Shown one piece after another: positions 1-8,659 of a stretch of DNA of 24,502 nt. Both the position numbers and the translations under genes were made by a program. The DNA lies in the IMG/VR virus record IMGVR_UViG_3300032290_000189, positions 1 to 24,502 of that record. The stretch is one strand, 5' to 3'. Each line of letters opens with the position of its first letter. Within the stretch, counting starts at the first letter, position 1. The notes under the pieces were generated by a model. That model did no database searches and was not told the DNA's origin. It worked only from the letters and a program-made list of their open reading frames with translations. Origin of the DNA: a virus (Duplodnaviria > Caudoviricetes).

Positions 1-88
1 CACCCACGAAGGTTGTTCCGTAGACGATCTGCCCAAGCCGCCACTTCTCCTTGGCCGCTTCGTCAAACTGCATGTCGATAAATGCCAT
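1..88 (-). CDS. 5' part of a hypothetical protein running off the window (MAFIDMQFDEAAKEKWRLGQIVYGTTFVG...); loosely like small MazG-like helical phage proteins
   Basis: ATG at 88 preceded by AGAGGA SD-like sequence, 25 nt downstream of previous stop; open to window edge; function is a weak guess from a GQxxYG motif. Confidence 0.55.
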   Translation of the reverse strand, partial: MAFIDMQFDEAAKEKWRLGQIVYGTTFVG

Positions 89-113
89 GTAATCCTCTAT
101 CACGAAGGTTAAA

Positions 114-1574
114 TTAACGCAATGGCACGGCACGCCCACCCTGCGAGAGCAGGTAGCGCAGCAGGTTCGATAGCGGGGCTGAAGCCTGTGACGGGTAGTT
201 CAGGCCACGAGCGATAGCGGCTTGCCCAGTGGGTGATCCAACTACGGCAGGGATAGCCGCCCCAGCAACCATTCCGGGGATGCCTCCCTGCGTGTAGCCC
301 ATAGATGCCCCAGTCATAGCCGTAGCCCTTTGAATCATCTTCTGCATCATTGGCGCTTCGCGGGTCATCATGTCTGACCCGCGACGAACGGGAATGAGGC
401 TGGAGATGATTTGGTTATTCTTCGCAACTTCCGGCGATACCGTATCTACCGATTCGTCAAGGAGGTGATACGCACGCTTTGCCACCTGCTGCGCTTTGTC
501 GGATGCGGTTCTTCCGGGATTCCATGCAATGAACGCATTAGAGAAGTCCTGCTTCAACTTGAGAGCATCCTGCCCATCCTGAATACCCCCGAGAGCTTTG
601 TTCCCCATCTGGACTACAGTGCTCATCCTGGATTGGGGGACGGGGACCTTTAGGAAGTCTGCCATCGCCTTTAGCTCATTAGCGAGTACAGTATCCTGCC
701 GCTCCGCTGCCCTATTTGCGGCTTGCTCCACGTAGTTCTGCGCCTTCGATATGTCAACCGGGACGCCGCGGGCTAGGGCTTCATTTCGCTTAGACAGAGA
801 TGCGATCTTCTCGTCAGCGCTCTGTGTGATAGCCGATGGAGTGATGCCCCTGGTGTACTGCAACCCAGCCGCTTCTGGAGTCTTCCCATAGGCGCGATCC
901 TTCGGGTTGATCTTCGTAGCGAACGCAAATACAGGCTTGGCTGCTGCCTGTAGAGCAGCAGATACCACAGGCATAGCTCCACCCGTAGCCCCGCCAACCA
1001 TAGCTCCATTACCAGCGGCACGTAGCAGGTCTGGAGTATTGTCAGCGTTAGAGTTTCCCGCCGCCCCCAGTGCTCCGTATCCAGCCCCCACCGCCGCACC
1101 TTCAGCGGCTCGGGCAGCAAGAGATAGCGCCTGTTTGCCCGTAAGCGCCTTCAGGAAGCCCGTAGCCGTTCCTCCCGTAAGTGCTGCCGGGATCATACCG
1201 CCAGCTAGATCGAGAAATGCATTCGCCTCCGGATTCTGCTGCTGGAACGCCTGCATCTTATTGCGGATTTCTGTAAGATTGCGGTCGTATGCTTGGCCGT
1301 AGGATTCATTGGGCTTCTTGCCCCCGAGTACTGGGAGTGCCCAGATTGCAGCTTCTAGGTTGTCTCCGAATCCAAAAGTCATGCCATTGACCAACGCTCT
1401 GGATGCGTTTTCTGCCGTAGCCCCCATCGAGGATGCTTGCGGCGCAGTGGCCTTCTGCTGCGAATACAATACTTTCGCTTGACGGATGACTTCATCTTGC
1501 GAGGCCCCCGCTGGGCCTGTTACTTCGAGTACGGTTCCGTCTGGAGCAGTGACTCCGTATGTCTGCTGAGGCAT
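114..1574 (-). CDS. Putative DNA ejection / internal virion protein (486 aa)
   Basis: SD AAAGGAGA upstream; N-terminal YxVTAPDGTVLEVTGPAGAS motif and GMTFGFGD plus Gly/Ala-rich hydrophobic segments typical of podovirus ejection proteins; last of three genes after the nozzle. Confidence 0.7.
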   Translation of the reverse strand: MPQQTYGVTAPDGTVLEVTGPAGASQDEVIRQAKVLYSQQKATAPQASSMGATAENASRALVNGMTFGFGDNLEAAIWALPVLGGKKPNESYGQAYDRNLTEIRNKMQAFQQQNPEANAFLDLAGGMIPAALTGGTATGFLKALTGKQALSLAARAAEGAAVGAGYGALGAAGNSNADNTPDLLRAAGNGAMVGGATGGAMPVVSAALQAAAKPVFAFATKINPKDRAYGKTPEAAGLQYTRGITPSAITQSADEKIASLSKRNEALARGVPVDISKAQNYVEQAANRAAERQDTVLANELKAMADFLKVPVPQSRMSTVVQMGNKALGGIQDGQDALKLKQDFSNAFIAWNPGRTASDKAQQVAKRAYHLLDESVDTVSPEVAKNNQIISSLIPVRRGSDMMTREAPMMQKMIQRATAMTGASMGYTQGGIPGMVAGAAIPAVVGSPTGQAAIARGLNYPSQASAPLSNLLRYLLSQGGRAVPLR

Positions 1575-1583
1575 GAGTCTCCT

Positions 1584-2987
1584 TTACTTAATAATGCGAA
1601 CTGACCAGCCGGGGGCAGGGGCAGGAGGAGCCTGTGGATTTAGGCTGAACGGCTTACCGGGTTGCGCCGGGGGAGCACCGGGGGTAAGACCCTCATAAGG
1701 GTTCGGCAAGATCCACCCGGCGCGATTTAGCCCTTCTAGGACGCTGGATGCGTCCCACTGCTTAACCTGATCTGGGTTATACGCCTTCATGTTCCCGTTG
1801 AACTTCCGCTGCCACGCTCCAGCGACAAGCGAAACCTGACGCTTTAGTACGTTCTGCGCCAGATCCGGCACCATTGCTCCAGTGACGATAGTGGACTCGA
1901 AGGCATCCTTCTCCTGCTTTGTCAGAGCAGACCCAAATAGACCGTGACGCACCTCGTTGATGAAGTTGTCATAAGCAGACCACCACTCAGCCTGTCCAGG
2001 AGTGCCTCCACCCACGTACTTCTGCATAGCGTTCTCCGCTGCGTTCGCTGGGTTGCCTACATAGTTGGAGTTCCATCCGGAAGCGATTGCTCCCATCTGT
2101 GTTAGCAACTGCGTCCCGGACTCCAGTTCCTTCTGTACCGGGCTAGGCATGTTCTGTGCAGGCTTTGCTGCTGGTGCTGGCGCGGCAGCAGACGCCTTCT
2201 GCGTGTGCTTCCACTGCTCGAAGGTCCCCTTATACCCTTGGCCCAAAGCATACTTGTACTCTGTAATGTCGCTAGTCTCCGGTGGCTTTGATGGGGGTCC
2301 TTTCGTCTCTCCGGTAGCCTGATTGAAAGACGTGCCGCCTCCTCCGTTAACCCAAGACGGAACTTGGATGCCCGTCTCCTTCCGGGTCCCATCGTCCATG
2401 AAGGCGTATACCACCATAGATTTACCATCCGAGGAGATTCCTTCCTTGTACTCCTTGACCCCAACTGGCTTGGGTAGCTGAGACAGCCAAGCATCCACGT
2501 TCGCTTTATTCGCTGTAGCGTTGGCCTGTGCCGCTTGCGCTAACGTATGCTGCGGATCGACCATCTTCCCGATAGTCTCAGAGAACTCAGGGAACGCCCT
2601 AGACAGAGCCGCTACGGAAGCAGGATCGCGAGGGTCAACCTGCTGGGCGGCTTGCTGGAACTGCGCCATACGCTGCTTGGCTGCTTCCTGCTGCTTCATC
2701 TGCTGAAGCATCTGCACCTTCGCCAACATCTCCTTCTGCATGTCCTGACGAGCACCAACATAGTCGCCAGTCTGCATACCTTGGCCGATAGAGGCTAGCC
2801 AGTTACGCCCCGCTCCACGCATAGCCTGTGGAGTCAACTGGTCCTGCGGGATGCCGGCGGACAGCGCCGAGTCCATGCCCATCGCGTTGATGTACTTGTT
2901 GATGCCACCACCAGCCGCCGCGAGTCCTTGACCCACGCCGCGCACTCCGCTAAGTAATCCACCACCGATGCTATTTAAGATGTTCAT
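1584..2987 (-). CDS. Putative DNA ejection / internal virion protein (467 aa; start revised to ATG 2987, MNILNSIGGG)
   Basis: Strong SD AAGGAGA 7 nt before ATG 2987, whereas ORF-track start 3041 overlaps the upstream gene; Gly/Gln/Ala-rich N-terminus, helical body, Pro-rich tail; synteny. Confidence 0.7.
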   Translation of the reverse strand: MNILNSIGGGLLSGVRGVGQGLAAAGGGINKYINAMGMDSALSAGIPQDQLTPQAMRGAGRNWLASIGQGMQTGDYVGARQDMQKEMLAKVQMLQQMKQQEAAKQRMAQFQQAAQQVDPRDPASVAALSRAFPEFSETIGKMVDPQHTLAQAAQANATANKANVDAWLSQLPKPVGVKEYKEGISSDGKSMVVYAFMDDGTRKETGIQVPSWVNGGGGTSFNQATGETKGPPSKPPETSDITEYKYALGQGYKGTFEQWKHTQKASAAAPAPAAKPAQNMPSPVQKELESGTQLLTQMGAIASGWNSNYVGNPANAAENAMQKYVGGGTPGQAEWWSAYDNFINEVRHGLFGSALTKQEKDAFESTIVTGAMVPDLAQNVLKRQVSLVAGAWQRKFNGNMKAYNPDQVKQWDASSVLEGLNRAGWILPNPYEGLTPGAPPAQPGKPFSLNPQAPPAPAPGWSVRIIK

Positions 2988-2998
2988 GTGTGTTCTCC

Positions 2999-4564
2999 TT
3001 AGAAATACGAAGTGCGGGGAGGCGCTGGAGCGCCAGCCCACGGCTGAATCCCGAGCGGCAAGCTAGCCATACTGGAGCCGATAGCAGGGGAGCTCATGCC
3101 GAGTAAGCCACCGAAAGACCCTCCAGGGATGAAGTTGCTAGCGAGACTCAACCCCTGCCCAATGGTGCTCATCAGACTAGGCCGCGTCTGCTGCACGGTT
3201 GTTCCGCTACTGGTCTGCGTCTGACCATAGGGCATACTATTGAACGCTCCCAGCAACATCGACTGCTCCTGTAGCGGAAGGTTCGCCAAGTACTGAGCGT
3301 TCTGATAGTCTATAGCCTGATTCCCGGAAGCCATGCCGTACTGCTGATCTCCGACAGCCCCGAGCAATCCAGCCTTCGCTACGTTTTGGTTGAACAGGTT
3401 GTTGCCGACATTCATCAACCCGCCAGCAGCATTGCCCCAGATGTTTGCCGCATTAAGGCCAGCACTCTGATTCGCTAACCCAGCTTGCATAGCCTGATTC
3501 GCATTGAAGATATTGCGATCCTGGAACAGTCCTGCATTGTACTGTGAGTTGTTATTGAAGGCATTAGCTCCAAACATCCCAGCAGCGTTCTTTGCGGCTG
3601 CGTTCGCCGAAGCAGAGTTCCAGTCCATGCCCTGATTCGCCGCTTGCGCTTGCATGCTGTTGTTCGCCGATGCAATGGACGCCTGTAGTGCGTTCTGCGC
3701 CCCAGCAATGCCAGCTTGCGTAGCGTTCTGCGCGTCCGCTGCCCCCAGCGATGCGTTGGTGCTCTGGTTCGCCATCGCAGCGCGGAGAGCCGCATCAGAG
3801 TTGAACATGCCAGTCTGCTGCTGGCGGCCAAGATCCGCTTGCAAGTTCTGGAGTGCAGCGTTGTATCCGGCCAAGCGAAGGTCGGCGGAGGTACGGGCAA
3901 AGGTGTCACCGTAGGCACGATTCGTCTCTGCGTCCGCTACGCCATGCCGAGATCCACCGAAGGCTCCAGCGGCAGCAGCAGCAGCGGCCCCCTGATTCTG
4001 CGTCTGCATACGCTGACGCTCAATATCGGAACGGGTCTGATCGAGCACCGCATTCTGATACGTGGGGTCCATCATCCCCACGTACTGCCGAAGCTGGTCG
4101 CCAGTCATCTGAGCAGCGGCGGCGTTCTGCGCTGCCACGTCCTTGATGTTGCTGCGATCAATCAGCGTAGCGGCTACGCCACCACCGCTCACGGGAGCAC
4201 CAGTGATGTTGCGGATACCGGAGCGTGCAATCTCCGCTGGCGTGTATCCCATCGCGGAAGCCTGAGCAGAGTCAATCGGGGACGCCCCAACCATCATCGG
4301 GTTGTAGTTGGCTAGGTTTTGGTAAGCGTTCCCAGCAGCCGAGATGTACGGATCGTTCCCGCTATTCCCCATTGCCATCAGGTTATTCTGTGCCTGAATC
4401 TGCGTGGGGTTGAATGGCAACTGCTGAGGGGCCAGCACCGGATTGTAGTTGTTGACGGCGTTTTGCAGTCCACCGAACAACTCCCAGTTCTTGTTGTCGT
4501 AGCGAGGGTCAATCGCCTGAGTATTCGTAGAGTTGGATGTGGTAGTAGTCTTGCTGCCGCCCAT
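2999..4564 (-). CDS. Putative DNA pilot / ejection protein (521 aa, P22 gp7- or T7 gp14-like position)
   Basis: SD AAGGAG; MGGSKTTTTS N-terminus, AGAFGGSR motif, Ala/Gln/Asn-rich repeats and Gly-rich amphipathic C-terminus (TIGQGLSLASNF) characteristic of first ejection protein. Confidence 0.75.
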   Translation of the reverse strand: MGGSKTTTTSNSTNTQAIDPRYDNKNWELFGGLQNAVNNYNPVLAPQQLPFNPTQIQAQNNLMAMGNSGNDPYISAAGNAYQNLANYNPMMVGASPIDSAQASAMGYTPAEIARSGIRNITGAPVSGGGVAATLIDRSNIKDVAAQNAAAAQMTGDQLRQYVGMMDPTYQNAVLDQTRSDIERQRMQTQNQGAAAAAAAGAFGGSRHGVADAETNRAYGDTFARTSADLRLAGYNAALQNLQADLGRQQQTGMFNSDAALRAAMANQSTNASLGAADAQNATQAGIAGAQNALQASIASANNSMQAQAANQGMDWNSASANAAAKNAAGMFGANAFNNNSQYNAGLFQDRNIFNANQAMQAGLANQSAGLNAANIWGNAAGGLMNVGNNLFNQNVAKAGLLGAVGDQQYGMASGNQAIDYQNAQYLANLPLQEQSMLLGAFNSMPYGQTQTSSGTTVQQTRPSLMSTIGQGLSLASNFIPGGSFGGLLGMSSPAIGSSMASLPLGIQPWAGAPAPPRTSYF

Positions 4565-4565
4565 G

Positions 4566-4934
4566 TTATAGCTCCTTTGTCATCGTCACGTTACGCTGCT
4601 GGTATCCGGCTTTCGACAGGAATGAACGGGTCCATCCAGCACGCCCTGAGAACTCAGCCCGATCGCATCCAATGGAACGCGCCCAAGCCTCCATCGCCGG
4701 GATCATCTGCTCGATCTCTTGCAGGGAACCGCCAGCGAGAAAAACAAATGCGATACGCTTTCGCGGGAACTGTACGATCTCAAATAGCACCGCAGAGTGA
4801 TGCCCCGGCCACAGGATGTATTGACCACCAGCCAAGCCAGCCGCGATATCCTCAATCGTGTGCGTGCCGTAGGCGTACTTAAGCGCCTTCTCCAGCCACG
4901 GCCTGCATCGCTCAAACTGTTCCCAAAGGTTCAT
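4566..4934 (-). CDS. GNAT-fold-like phage tail-assembly protein (122 aa; start revised to ATG 4934, MNLWEQF)
   Basis: ATGA overlap with upstream stop; motif EAWARSIGCDRAEFSGRAGW typical of the GNAT-like gene lying between nozzle and ejection genes in podoviruses. Confidence 0.7.
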   Translation of the reverse strand: MNLWEQFERCRPWLEKALKYAYGTHTIEDIAAGLAGGQYILWPGHHSAVLFEIVQFPRKRIAFVFLAGGSLQEIEQMIPAMEAWARSIGCDRAEFSGRAGWTRSFLSKAGYQQRNVTMTKEL

Positions 4935-5155
4935 AGTGCCGTCGCTGAAATTGCCCCCGCATTGTCCACTTCGATAGACCACCGATTCCCGTCAGGGCTA
5001 CGCAGCACTAACCGCTGACTACGTGCCGTAGGGCCACCGCTGATCTCCACATCCTGATCGCGGCGATACACCGCATCGAGGCTGGCATTGATCTGCCGAT
5101 TGCGTTCTTCCTCTACGCCCTGGTCGTAGCGTGCTGGAACCAGAGGGAGACTCAT
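4931..5155 (-). CDS. Small phage tail-associated protein (74 aa)
   Basis: ATGA overlaps on both sides; SD GGAGG upstream; C-terminal LVLRSPDGNRWSIEVDNAGAIS beta-hairpin motif common in phage tail proteins. Confidence 0.65.
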   Translation of the reverse strand: MSLPLVPARYDQGVEEERNRQINASLDAVYRRDQDVEISGGPTARSQRLVLRSPDGNRWSIEVDNAGAISATAL

Positions 5156-6636
5156 CGCTGACCTCCAGTAGTGCCTTCCATGCGGATCGTGCCAACGCGC
5201 CAGTCTTCGTCAGCTACTCCCTCGATATTCATGGAGATTTGCCGCCCACTCAGCCGAACGTCCGTATACGGCGAGAGCGTATATGGGCCGTAGGTGTACT
5301 CATCGCCTTCTGGCGTGAACTTCGTCGTGAAGCTCAACTGCACCTGACCAGCAGACCGTTCATCGGGGATGATCTGCCGAGCGTACAGAATGGCGTTCCC
5401 TCCAGCCATCTCTACAGGTCCAGAGGTCAGGAAGCGATCTGCCCCGATTTCAGTACCAGCCGCCGTCCAGCCATTCTCGTGCTCGTAAATGTAGCCGTCA
5501 GCACCTACAGCTATAGGACGCGGGAACACGCCAGCGTCAGACCAGCAAGTGCGCGACAGTTCCCCAATCGTCCAATGGCCCTCGATGTAGTTGTATGCAA
5601 CGTACCGATCCACCTCTGAAGAGTTGGCCGAGCAATAGAAGAACCAGACCTCGCGGTAGAGGCTGTTATGCCCCGCGTACACCTTCGTGAACTCCGTCTC
5701 GTTGATGTCGCTGAACACGTAGTCGCTAACATCTGACGGCAGAGGGCGAACGCTACCATCGAACGTGAAGAACCCGTTTCTACCCATCCAGATCGCGCCA
5801 GAATCAATCACCGCGATAGCGTTCAGCCCAACACCCCCGCAGCCAGTACCGACGCGCTCAATGCCGTAGATGAATGGCAAGCCTTTGTACGTCATCAGGT
5901 GAGCATCCTGATCGGTGACGATGAGCGTCTGCCCACGCACCTTCTTAGCCGCCACGATGCGGCCCTGCGATTGCAGGATCAAATCGCCAGCCGTGTTGGT
6001 CGAGGTAGCCGTCCAGTCGTTGAGGTCTTCCTGCGAGGACCACTTAATCAAGCGAGGATCGGAGTCTGTACCCATCGCAACCAGGTGGCGTTCCGGCGTA
6101 ACCAGAATCAGCCGCGTGTCAGTGGGAGCACCGGACACCACGACAGCGTTCGGGATGGAATCATCCCAAGCGTAAATCTTCCCGTCAGTCGTGCTGCACG
6201 CTACCAGATAGTCTCCCCAGTTGTCGAGGGACCATGCCGTAGCGTCGAGCGAAGTCGTAGCCACCGGAGGATCGTTGTAGTTCCCCGTGTTGTACAGGCC
6301 CAACCCATAACCCTGTCCGGCGTACGAATCTTCCCGTCCAACGGTAAATCCGGCAGGAGTGATATCCCGAACCTCTCCACCGTCGTATGATGCGTAGAGA
6401 TTCGAGTGCGTGCCAATAGCGAAGTATCTGCTAATCAGTCCACGCCAGGAATGAATACCACGAGCCATCCCCTCTAAGGCGGTCTGCGACTGGTCGTATC
6501 GCAGCCACCCGCCAACAGGACGAATCGTACCCTCGAAGAAGCGAACCAGTGAGCCGTCGTAATAGCGACCAGCAGACTCGTAGTTCGTCCCGTTTCGGTA
6601 GATTCCGGGAGGGATCTTCAATGGTACTAGCGACAT
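5152..6636 (-). CDS. Tail nozzle / DNA stabilisation protein (P22 gp10- or T7 gp12-like beta-propeller, 494 aa)
   Basis: Beta-rich repeats (WSLDNWGDYLVAC, IKWSSQED, EVWFFY, YVAYNYIEGHWTIG), size and position before the GNAT and ejection genes. Confidence 0.75.
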   Translation of the reverse strand: MSLVPLKIPPGIYRNGTNYESAGRYYDGSLVRFFEGTIRPVGGWLRYDQSQTALEGMARGIHSWRGLISRYFAIGTHSNLYASYDGGEVRDITPAGFTVGREDSYAGQGYGLGLYNTGNYNDPPVATTSLDATAWSLDNWGDYLVACSTTDGKIYAWDDSIPNAVVVSGAPTDTRLILVTPERHLVAMGTDSDPRLIKWSSQEDLNDWTATSTNTAGDLILQSQGRIVAAKKVRGQTLIVTDQDAHLMTYKGLPFIYGIERVGTGCGGVGLNAIAVIDSGAIWMGRNGFFTFDGSVRPLPSDVSDYVFSDINETEFTKVYAGHNSLYREVWFFYCSANSSEVDRYVAYNYIEGHWTIGELSRTCWSDAGVFPRPIAVGADGYIYEHENGWTAAGTEIGADRFLTSGPVEMAGGNAILYARQIIPDERSAGQVQLSFTTKFTPEGDEYTYGPYTLSPYTDVRLSGRQISMNIEGVADEDWRVGTIRMEGTTGGQR

Positions 6637-7044
6637 TTATGCAGCCTCGTAGTATTGGGTCCAGGAGCCGGAAGCGTTGTAACACCACTTCGCTGGCATC
6701 GTCTTGCGAACATCCAAGTGGATGAAGTTGTTGTTGTCATCGCGCCCCATCCCCTTGATACTGGGAACCGTGGCGGCTACCTTCTCCAGCCACGCAGCGG
6801 ACTTCCCTTCTACGCGAACATCGGCAGCGCGTCCAAGAACGTGCTGACTGCTGTACGCGCCACCGACCTTCTTGTTGTGCTTGGAGCAGCGATACCCACT
6901 GGTGACGATGATCGGCGTATCCACGCCAGCCTCTTTCGAGACGGCAGCGCGGAACTCCTCCAGCATTTCGTATAACTGCGGTTCGCACTCGTTCTCTCCG
7001 CATCCACACTTGCACTTCAGTTCGTCAACGCTGAAATGCGCCAT
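6637..7044 (-). CDS. Endolysin, peptidase M15A family Zn-peptidase (135 aa)
   Basis: HF..ELxCKCGCG, VTSGYRC, SQHxxGxAAD (H, D ligands) and FIHLDVR (third ligand) motifs; follows two small membrane genes. Confidence 0.9.
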   Translation of the reverse strand: MAHFSVDELKCKCGCGENECEPQLYEMLEEFRAAVSKEAGVDTPIIVTSGYRCSKHNKKVGGAYSSQHVLGRAADVRVEGKSAAWLEKVAATVPSIKGMGRDDNNNFIHLDVRKTMPAKWCYNASGSWTQYYEAA

Positions 7045-7045
7045 G

Positions 7046-7318
7046 TTACTTGGAAGCCGCCTGTGGGTTCATGCGGAAGATGACGGTGAGTAGCGTCAGC
7101 GCAGCATCTACGATGGGCAACGCTCCAGGAGGGATGATTGCCTGAACCTGCGGAAGTAGGTGGACAGCACCACCGATCAATGCGGTCCAAACGGTGCGCG
7201 ACTTCAGTGCATCTAGGAATGAAAGTTTCATACTAGCGATCTCCTTTACGATCTGTTCTGCTTCGTTGATTGGCTGCTTGTACTTGCTCCACAGCCGAAA
7301 AGCCTTCAGGATGTTCAT
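7046..7318 (-). CDS. Putative holin (90 aa)
   Basis: KSRTVW motif followed by two hydrophobic segments; immediately upstream of endolysin; ATGA overlap with previous gene. Confidence 0.6.
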   Translation of the reverse strand: MNILKAFRLWSKYKQPINEAEQIVKEIASMKLSFLDALKSRTVWTALIGGAVHLLPQVQAIIPPGALPIVDAALTLLTVIFRMNPQAASK

Positions 7319-7524
7319 AGATCCTGCTCCAACTTCTCCACCCGTGATCTGAGTCCATTCAACTCAACTCGCAGAATGGCTAGGTCGGCTAGAGCAGGGA
7401 GAGTGTTCTTGATCTCGTCGAGCGTTCTTTCAATTGCGCTGATGCGGTTGTACGTATTCCCCGCCCAGAACACGGTAGCCAGGATGAACCCCAGTCCTAC
7501 AACGCTGATCCACTCCATCGTCAC
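7315..7524 (-). CDS. Small membrane protein with N-terminal TM helix and coiled coil (holin/antiholin/XhlA-like; start GTG 7524 or ATG 7518)
   Basis: WISVVGLGFILATVFWAG TM segment then heptad-like LRVELNGLRSRVEKLE; first gene of lysis cassette. Confidence 0.6.
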   Translation of the reverse strand: MTMEWISVVGLGFILATVFWAGNTYNRISAIERTLDEIKNTLPALADLAILRVELNGLRSRVEKLEQDL

Positions 7525-8507
7525 GCTCTTTCCAGTGCTTCTACCCGAGCAGCCAACTCCTTGACCGCAGCAATCAGCAGCGGAGTGAGCTTGGCATACA
7601 GCACGGTTAGATAGTCCTGTCCACTAGCAGATGTCCCGTCTGGTGCTCTGTCCATCGGAGCTAGGGCCACCGCTTCCGGCAGAACAGCCTGAACCTCTTG
7701 AGCGAACACGCCAACCTGTGGAGCGGGACTGGCTCCGGTAGCCACAGCAAATTCCACGAACCGGAAGGTGAACGCACGAAGCGACTTGATCTTCTCTAGC
7801 GCATCTACTATGTCGGAGATGTCCGTCTTCAACCGCTGATCAGACAACCCATCCGTGACGGTTCCGTTGAAGTTACCGTTCCCGGCGCAGTTCAGAGTGT
7901 TATCCCACGAAGGGTAGTCCGCTGGAGCCATGCCGATTCCGATGCTGCCGCAGCGTAACGACTGGGTAGTGCCTAGATCCAAGGCATAGCTTGGGGTAAC
8001 ATTCACGCCGAGCTTCTTCCCGTTAGCGGCTTGCCCCTGTCCATACGCCGTGGAAGTGGGCGTGAAGTACAGCGTGGAAGCACCGAACGATCCGGCATTA
8101 TTAAAGGCGATGTAGCCCGTAGACCCAGGAGCAGAGACGGATACAGCGTTCACTTCCCAGGATGAGTTGCTTCCATCCGTCATCAGCACTTTACCGCTAT
8201 TGGAGGTCTGCGAAGGCAAGATAGCGTTCAGAATCGCGTTGCTCGTCGTCTGCCCCGTGCCGCCGTTTGCAATCGGTAGCGGAGTGCCAGATGCAAGCAC
8301 CGTAGAGCCGCCGATCTTCAGCGATCCACCGAGAGCCAGCGTCTTGCCGCTGCCCACATTCAGGCCGACAGACGTACCGCTTCCGTCGCCCGTGAACACT
8401 GCGTCAATCAGGTTCAGATCGCTATTGAGCTTCGTCCCCCAAGTATTATTGGAGCCGCCAAGATCGGGCTTGACTAGATTCAGGTTGCTAGTAGTTGTGT
8501 CTGCCAT
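7521..8507 (-). CDS. Tail fibre with C-terminal intramolecular chaperone (peptidase S74) (328 aa; start revised to ATG 8507, MADTTTS)
   Basis: SDQRLKTDI autocleavage motif, GVFAQEVQAVLPEAV, YAKLTPLLIAAVKELAARVEALE; N-terminal anchor TTSNLNLVKPDLGG..TWGTKLN; PIANGGTG fibre motif; SD GAAGGGA. Confidence 0.9.
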   Translation of the reverse strand: MADTTTSNLNLVKPDLGGSNNTWGTKLNSDLNLIDAVFTGDGSGTSVGLNVGSGKTLALGGSLKIGGSTVLASGTPLPIANGGTGQTTSNAILNAILPSQTSNSGKVLMTDGSNSSWEVNAVSVSAPGSTGYIAFNNAGSFGASTLYFTPTSTAYGQGQAANGKKLGVNVTPSYALDLGTTQSLRCGSIGIGMAPADYPSWDNTLNCAGNGNFNGTVTDGLSDQRLKTDISDIVDALEKIKSLRAFTFRFVEFAVATGASPAPQVGVFAQEVQAVLPEAVALAPMDRAPDGTSASGQDYLTVLYAKLTPLLIAAVKELAARVEALERA

Positions 8508-8515
8508 AATTCCCT

Positions 8516-8659
8516 TCAACGGACCATCGTGATCTGGACTTCTCCTGCCGCCACTTCGTTAAGTACTGTTTTCAGGTGCTCAATGGCGTCGGCGGGGATC
8601 GCTCGCAGGTCGTCGGCGGCTTGCGCCTCAACTTTGCCGAGATCGGGGAAGATGCTCAC
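8516..8659 (-). CDS. Small hypothetical protein missed by ORF track (47 aa: MSIFPDLGKVEAQAADDLRAIPADAIEHLKTVLNEVAAGEVQITMVR)
   Basis: GTG start overlaps TGA of the 958-aa gene (GTGA); exactly fills the gap, stop lies 8 nt before next ATG. Confidence 0.65.
   Translation of the reverse strand: MSIFPDLGKVEAQAADDLRAIPADAIEHLKTVLNEVAAGEVQITMVR

Noticed and set aside
5-118. CACGAAGGTT repeated at 5-14 and 101-110, and GTTAA-A-TTAAC palindrome at 108-118
   Set aside because: Short, one copy inside a coding region; compatible with chance, no further support
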